Source: the human T2T-CHM13v2.0 reference genome, Homo sapiens. Taken from it: a DNA stretch of 64,000 nt. Position numbers and translations under genes: made by a program. The notes under the pieces are model-generated. The model saw only the letters and a list, made by a program, of their open reading frames with translations. It ran no database searches and was not told where the DNA came from. Of the stretch, positions 56,616-64,000 are shown in pieces (the stretch's first letter is position 1; each line of letters starts with the position of its first letter). The DNA is taken from assembly GCF_009914755.1 (NCBI RefSeq), contig NC_060936.1; one strand, written 5' to 3'.

Positions 56616-56799
56616 AAAAGATAAACAGAAAAAGATAATTAGATTACATGATGATTAAAACATTTTTATGACAAGACACTGTAAGGAGAGCTCAAAGGCA
56701 AATATTAGGTTGGGAAAATATGTGAAGGCATAGGATTATTAACGTTAATCACTCCAGGGAGTAATCAGTTAGAAAATATGGAATAATTTTAGAGTTTGA

Positions 56800-57500
56800 T
56801 AAAATAATCAAATTTATCTTTTATCATGGAGGATATAATGCAATATTTCAGTTGCCTTAAAAGGTTGAGCAATGGACAGGTACCAGGTGATAAATGGCCA
56901 TCTTGTGGGGTCAAGGAGGTGCCATTGACGGGTTTCACACCCAGGAATGACATAAGGAGATTTGTATTTTAGAAAAAAGAAATTGTTCTTGTTGTACAAC
57001 AGCTAATAATTAGAGGAGATAAGACCTGAGGCAGAGATGAGTTCAGAGAGAAGATAAACTAAACTGGTATGGAAAAAGTGGAGGTAGAGAGAATGGAAAG
57101 GATTCATGAGTTATTTATGAGATAGAATTGAGAATCTGAAACTCTAAATAGACAAGAATAAAGGAGGGAGAGGGAAGAGGCAGTGGTAATATTCAGCTAC
57201 CTGGTCTGGGCAGTTGGGTGAATATAACACTACTCATTGAACCCTGCATGAGGAGTAACTTTGTGTAGTGAATGGGGAGAAGGTAATGAGTTTTAAACAG
57301 ATTGAATTTTGGAGTCGATAGGATATCCAAAGAAGTGGCCTTTATATAACAGGACCTATCAGCCTGGAGCTCGGGAGATGTGAAATGTATGTAAAGACAA
57401 AGAAGTCATTAGTATCAGGACTGCAATTGAAGCAGTAGAAATAGATGCCACCACCAGGGGGATGGTGCATAGAGTGAGAAGGGGAGAGAATTATCTAACA
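56800..57500 (-). mobile_element. L2 LINE relic
   Basis: Purine-rich L2-like motifs (agcctggagctcgggaga, gcaattgaagcagtagaaatagatg). Confidence 0.55.
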
Positions 57501-57808
57501 ATTTCAAGGGTGCACTTAGTCCAAGAGGTCAATCCTTCTTCCAAATACTAGACAAGAGGGATAACTGAAGAGTTTGATTAGTCTAAAGCTATTCTGTCAT
57601 TCCTAATCCCTCCCAACCTCAAGAACATTCCTGCTGCTGTTAGTTCTGTCATTGTCACATGGTGACACCATTGAAAGCAGGGGTCCCATGCAATCCAAAG
57701 CACCCTTTTCTTTTTCCAGTGCTACGATCACACACACATTAATTCGTGTTGTGCTGGGCCCAAAGTCTATCTTCCAAGGTTACTTTTCTTTAGAATATAT
57801 TTATCTGC

Positions 57809-58121
<313 letters not shown>

Positions 58122-58987
58122 CTACTCCGACCCCCAAAAAGCTCTTCCATCAATGAGTATTTCCAGGGGAGGGGTGTCTTTTTCAAATAAGGGAAGGCCA
58201 GGTTACACTCTCTTTCCAGGGCACTGAACACAACTACTTACGTTTAAGTAACTAACAGGGGCTACTGCAATGTCTTCCAGAAGAAAGAAAGAAACTCTAT
58301 TTCAAGGCAGCTTGTGGTTTGCATCTTGCCAATGGCAACTTCTGCTAAAACAATCCAAAAAAACCAATTCAGCTTATCGACATACTCCAAAACATTGAAA
58401 TATTGATGAGGAGGGACCAGGAAAGGGAAAGGATGAAGACTTAAGAGAGGTGGTGTGAGGACTAGAGCAGGATCCCTGAAAGCATGAGGCAGTGAGATCC
58501 CAGCACATGTGGGAGGGGTTAGTCTGGACAGGAGATTCGCTTCTCGTCTCTCAAGGAGGGAAGGGTGGTTGTAGTTACAGACGTGTGATGATAGGTTTGT
58601 GGATGGGAGAGAAGCACTTCCCTTAACATTTCCTCTGTGGACAGGAAGCAAGGTCATTTGCTGACAGTTAGGAGGAGATGGGTAAGGGTGGGTTTCAAAG
58701 ATTTGAGAATGGGTGGGTTTGGGCCGCCACTGAAGAAGATGGGAGAGAATGCTGACCTAGAATAAATTGGACTTCCAACCAGCATTTGGGACCCAGTGGA
58801 GGTTGACGTCCTTGAATTCACATGCTACCTTTCTCAGCTTTGGATGAATTTTCTCTCTTAGCACACACCAGCTTCTAGCTGACTCTGTGCATTTCCTGAC
58901 TTGCTGGCCAGGACCCCCACCCCCTTCTTCTCCCATTTGGGGAATCATTGAAATCCAAGTGATGTTACTGTAGAAATGACCCTGAAT

Positions 58988-59263
58988 GTGTGTTTGTTTG
59001 TTTGTTTCTGAGACAGAGATCAGGCATGATCTCAGCTCACTGCAATCTCCACCTCCCTAGCTCAAGCAATCCTCGCATATCAGCCTCTGAGTAGCTGGGA
59101 CTACAGCCATGTGTCACCACACCTGGCTAATTTTTGTATTTTTTGTAGAGACAGGGTTTTGCCATGTTGCTCAGGCTGGTCTTGAACTCCTGAGCTCATG
59201 CAATCCACCTGCCTGCACTTCCCAAAATGCTGGGATTACAGGCATAAGCCACGGCAACCAGCC
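58988..59263 (-). mobile_element. AluJ element with an internal deletion near the 3' end
   Basis: Antisense Alu; TSD cctgaatgtgt on both sides. Confidence 0.9.
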
Positions 59264-60023
59264 TGAATGTGTTCTGAAAACATTCAAAAACAAGTAATAT
59301 ATTAATGTCACGATTTTGATATTTGACTTGATTTTGTCCCTAATATGTTGAGAATTGCCATTCTAGAAGCTTCCTCCTGTCTAGCCTACAGTTCCAGGAT
59401 CCTGGACTAACCCTGAATCCCAGATTTCAGGTGTTCATTTGATATAAACAATGTTGGATTTTCTCTTAGGACATGTAAAACCTGATTAGTCAAATGGCTC
59501 TGTTTCTTTTCTCTGTTCTGTTTTAAAAATTGGTAATCTTTTCAGATGGTTGAGTCTTTCTTCTTTAAGCATCAGTATTTTTTTTCTAACATGCCACTTG
59601 TGAGATTTGCCATCTTCAATGTGTCATTACTTTTGCATGATTTAAAAATTGTTATGCTAAACATCTGGCATACTCTGTTTCTGTTCATCATTTGGTATGT
59701 TAAATAGAATTGGTCCTCTGTTTTTCCTTTGGCTGGAAAAAATTCTTTATCATTTATTATTTTCTACTAGCATATTAAAAGAAGGGGAAAAGATTGCCCA
59801 GTTATCTGTAAGCTTAGGACCTAAATATGTCAGAAAGCAAAATTAAGTAGAGTGGAGAGCAGACTCGTTTCTGTTTTCTTATAGCAAAACTTAGCTCAAT
59901 TCTATTTCCTTATAGGAAAACTTTCTTCTGCTCATATACATTTCATAATGAGATTTGACTGTTTTGCTGAACATTCAAGGTTTTGCATGACCTAACCCTA
60001 CCTACCTATTCAAAATTTATTTT

Positions 60024-60130
60024 GGCCGGACATGGTGACTCATGCCTATAATCCCAGGCATGGGATTTTTAGAGACCCTGCCTCTACAAAATATAAAATA
60101 AGTAAACAAATAAAAATTTTTAAAAAAACT
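60024..60130 (+). mobile_element. Internally deleted Alu monomer (FLAM-like)
   Basis: ggccggacatggtgactcatgcctataatccca...gagaccctgcctctacaaaa; TSD caaaatttattt at 60011 and 60133. Confidence 0.75.
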
Positions 60131-60329
60131 CACAAAATTTATTTGGCACTTTCTTTCCCACACTCTGTTCCACAGTCACTATTAGTTTAGTGCCTTTGCC
60201 CTGGTCCCAAAGATACGTGTTCCAGTTCTTAGCATTAGATAGGGCTTCTCAGGTCTAAGCAGCCACTCATTATTGTTCAGCCACTTTATATATCCCTTCC
60301 CTGCATGAGAAGTAACAGTTGTTATTTAT

Positions 60330-60693
60330 TGATATGGTTTGACTGTCTCCCCACCCAAATCTCATCTTGAATTGTAGCTCCTATAATTCCCACATGTCGT
60401 AGGAGGGACCTGGTGTGAAGTAATTGAATCATGGGGGCGGGTCTTTCCTGTGCTGTTCTGGTGATAGTGAATAAGTCTCACGATATCCGACAGTTTTATA
60501 AAGGGGAGTTCCCCTATACAGGCCCTCTTGCTTGCCACCATGTAAGACATGACTTTGCCCCTCATTCACCTTCAGCCGTGATTGTGAGGCCTCCCCAGCC
60601 CTGTTAAATTGTGAGTCAATTAAACCTCTTTCCTTTATAAATTACCCCATCTTGGGTATGTCTTTATTATAAGTGTGAGAACAAACTAATACA
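60330..60693 (+). mobile_element. THE1 (THE1C/D-like) solo LTR
   Basis: TGATATGGTTTGACTGTCTCCCCACCCAAATCTC start, AACTAATACA end. Confidence 0.9.
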
Positions 60694-61689
60694 CTTGTCT
60701 TAAATACTAACATACTCAACAGAATATATCTACATATAACAAATTCACACAAACTTATTTATACTCCTAGTTGCCCTAAGGGGCCCACAATGAGTGTGTC
60801 CCCTTTTTTGACCCTTCTCTACAGCAGAATATATGCAAATCAGATTGCTGGCCAGGGCAGCTTTTCTGAAGTTGATGCTAGAGCCAAGGTTTTAATGGCA
60901 AGGTGAAGCTGTATAAACAAGGTGCAGACAGCTGTTCTGGGAAATGGCTCAGCTGTGGGAAGACATGAAGTCCTGTAACACAATGGTGACTGTCAGATTT
61001 TATAATTGGCTCAATATTTTGTAAGATTAAAGTACAAGGAGATGAGTGGTGGAAGATTACTTTAGAAAGGTAGGTAAGGGCCAGAATAGATAAGGCCAAA
61101 GAACTGGTATTAGGGGATGTGAGAGGCTAAATAGGCCTCTTCCCCTTACGACTACAGTGCACACTTCCCCTAGGGTTGATGGGGAATCTGCCAAAAACAG
61201 CTTCTATCTAGCCTAGTCCTCTAGCAGAATGTCTTGTAAATCACTTAGTGATATAAATGCTCCTTAAGACATCATGAGGTCGGTAGTTATGCCATTTCCT
61301 ATAGAAAGCAACTCAAGATAAGAAGTGGTGGTGATGTGGCCTTTACAAATGACTTTTTAAATATGGATTTTTTGAAAGGAATTGTTTTCTTAATAGTTAA
61401 CTCACTGTATCAGAAGGTATATGGCTGTGTGGCCCAGAGATATGGGAAGTTTGTTATTGATGAGATCCCGTTATTAGTCCTTTACTTAAAATAGTTGAAT
61501 TATGCATCTTTAGTTGCACTCAATGTGTTAATACGATCTGGAGGTAAACTTACGGTTTTTTTTAAAATAAAAGGGGGATTCTTAGACTGAAAACTCTATG
61601 GGGCTTTTGAATTTATGGAAAATGATGCATTATACTTGAAAATAGACAAGAATGTCCAACAGAGATAATTAATAAATATTTTAAATTAG

Positions 61690-61821
61690 ATTCTTCGTTC
61701 ATGGAGGGAATATGACCTGGCAGTAATGATTATAAATTATGGGAAAAAAATGTTGGACATCACACCAGGATGCAAGTCTCTGTTTGATGGTAGTAATGAA
61801 CAAGAAGAAATGCCAGAGGAG
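61690..61821 (+). CDS. CFAP54: CFAP54 exon J (ILRSWREYDLAVMIINYGKKMLDITPGCKSLFDGSNEQEEMPEE)
   Basis: ttaaattag|ATT acceptor, GAG|GTAATT donor; 132 nt, phase 0-0; continues the frame of exon I. Confidence 0.87.
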
Positions 61822-61974
61822 GTAATTGTTTTTGTTTCTCATTTTTAAACCTACGTTTAGTTTGCATCTTTTAGGGGTAATGTAGTATTATTAAACATAT
61901 TAGAAAATTGGTAAGTTTTACATTTGTTATATTTACATATAAGTAAAGTATTATAGTAAAGAGCTTTTGGGTTT

Positions 61975-61975
<1 letters not shown>

Positions 61976-62007
<32 letters not shown>
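61976..62007. repeat. Poly-T tract (about 32 nt)
   Basis: Directly visible; immediately followed by AG. Confidence 0.97.
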
Positions 62008-62009
<2 letters not shown>

Positions 62010-62411
62010 TTATGGTCAAGAAAATGAAAAAGGAATCTCTGCTAGCATGCTGAATAGTCCCCATCACCAGTCCCGACCATCAGTTAATGATGATAGAGAG
62101 CTTCTTACACCCAGTTGGACACTGGACTTAAAAGCTCTCTAAAGTCTCTTCCAAATCTAAGATTTTATTGTTCTGGGTGGATCATTGAATGTGGCAAATA
62201 CATGTCAGAGTTTTTTTACTTTGTGTTCAAAGTAGATTTCTGAAACTCTTTGTGACACCCGTGTTCTCTTCTTTATGAGACTGCTAATTTTTGAGATTAA
62301 CTTTTAATATCTGCCTTCCAAGCATGAGTCTTACAAGAACTTATGCTTATTGCCTTTCCTTGAAACTATGTAGTTTTGTAGATCAAGTTTTGAAATGTTA
62401 CTTAGTTCACT

Positions 62412-62749
62412 GGCCTGCCTGCCCGCCCGCCCTCCCTCCCTCTCTCTCTCTCTCTCTCTCTTTCTTTCTTGACACAGTCTCACTCTATAGTCTAAGCTGG
62501 AGTGCAGTGATGCAATCTTGCCTCACCGTAGCCTCCACCTCCTCAGTTCAAGTGATTCTTCTGCCTCAGCCTCTGAGTAGCTAGGATTATAGGTGTATGA
62601 CACCACACCTGGCTAATTTTTGTATTTTTAGTAGAGATGGGGTTTCACCATGTTGGCCAGGCTGGTCCTGAACTCCTGACCTCAGGTGATCCTCCCACCT
62701 TGGCCTCCCAAAGTTCTGGGATTACAGGTGTGAGCCACAGTGCCTGGCC
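62412..62749 (-). mobile_element. Alu element whose tail has become a compound C-rich microsatellite
   Basis: Antisense Alu; TSD agttca(c/t)tgg at 62404 and 62750. Confidence 0.92.
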
Positions 62750-63866
62750 AGTTCATTGGGTTTCTGAGGGCACTAGAAATTACTTGAAGTCCCTTCCATG
62801 GCTTGGGTGGGAGTAGAGACTCTCATCCCTGACTCTGTCTAAGTTAGAGTAGCTCCATTTCTATCTCTGTGATATCTTGAATTTCCAAGTAAGCATTTGT
62901 TTGCCAAAAAAACTTTTAAAAATCACCACTGTTTTACTGGATGACTTTTTAAGCTATAATACTTTTTTTTTTCCTAGTTGGAAGGATGTTTTGTCTAGAG
63001 GGATTTTTGATTAAGCTGGAAGCAATATGAGGGTTTTGTTTGTTTGTTTGTTTGTTTTTGTGCCATGCAGTGTCTACTCTCAGAGTCTATCAGCCCCTTT
63101 ATGTCACCCAGGCTTTGACTCAGGGCCTTCCACATCATGGTAGGACAGGCCTCATGCCTCTCTTCTTGAAGCTTTCAGTCCAGCAGAAGGTTGTGATTCT
63201 TCCATCCAAGATTGTAGAGATTGTTAATTTATAGGAGTCAGAAATTATTAGAGCTACTCAAGGTTCCTTTAAGCCTAAAGGGGCTTGGAAGTTTTTTTTT
63301 TTGAACAAGAGACATTAACAGGTCAGTTCTCAGGCTCAGACAGAGAAAACATGGTAGTGAGCCTGAGTGGGCAGACAGGCTGATTCTTAATCCACTAATT
63401 GCTGATCCCCTTAAGTTTCAATGAAAGGCAAAGTAACAAAGGCAATTAGCTTAGTTGTAAAGAAGCTCCTTCTGGGAAAAAGAAAGGGAAAAAAGAATAA
63501 AGGGATACATTTCTGAGGGCAGGCTGGGAATTGTCTTTTCAAGATTTTTAGAGACATAGCCTCAGCTGCTTTGAGAATGCAGGTTTTGGAGGGGGCTGGT
63601 TAGGTAGGTGGAAGTTACTGGGAGAAAGGGAGAGAGAAAAGAAGCAGCATTTTGGTCAATCTCCGTGAAACACAGCACTATGTCTACATTTAATTAGAGC
63701 ACAATAACTGTTATTATTCATTGTTGTTAATTAATATTGTTATGTAGATCATAGTTTTATCTACCAAGTGTGAAAGTATGAAAACATAATTTAAAGAATG
63801 TTGTTTGAAAAGGACAGTTGTTGCAACACGTTAAAGTACATTTTGACGTTTAACCAATGTTTTTAG

Positions 63867-63981
63867 GATTCTTCTAAGAAGTCTTTAAAGACTAAGAAGC
63901 CACAGCAGATACTACTGCCTGAAAAGATAAATGAACAGCTGGCCTTGTTGGAGACACACCTACTCAAACTGACAAAGCAAT
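63867..63981 (+). CDS. CFAP54: CFAP54 exon K (DSSKKSLKTKKPQQILLPEKINEQLALLETHLLKLTKQ)
   Basis: gtttttag|GAT acceptor, AAT|GTAATC donor; 115 nt, phase 0 to 1; gene continues beyond the window. Confidence 0.85.
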
Positions 63982-64000
63982 GTAATCATTTGTTTTCTGT

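Noticed and set aside
61976-62105. Poly-T as the tail of an orphan retrocopy or 3' transduction on the minus strand
   Set aside because: No polyadenylation signal, no recognisable body, and only a weak 7-bp flank match (agagctt) rather than a convincing TSD

Overview
This is eukaryotic, almost certainly human, genomic DNA: AT-rich and dense in Alu, L1, MIR, L2 and THE1 repeats, including an AluYg6-type insertion. It is not a prokaryotic locus, and I see no operons, CRISPR arrays or RNA genes. The window lies inside one large + strand gene. Eleven GT-AG exons (about 4580 to 63981) splice into one continuous reading frame of about 490 aa, which I recognise from memory as the middle of CFAP54 (C12orf55; motile-cilium central-apparatus C1d protein). 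The 22.8-kb intron at 38870-61689 holds two full-length but dead L1PA elements arranged head-to-head, and the + strand one is nested in an ancient L1M relic. The most unusual signals are: (i) a 156-bp, 97%-identical inverted copy of an L2 fragment pasted into the middle of an Alu about 0.9 kb away, which looks like a templated repair scar; (ii) the ~6-kb-arm L1/L1 inverted repeat with converging antisense promoters, one aimed at the downstream exons; (iii) a fibronectin-III-like module encoded by three phase-0 exons; (iv) a discontinuous local duplication at 8-10 kb. I found no evidence for a wholly new gene system. All names and subfamily calls come from pattern recognition, not database searches.
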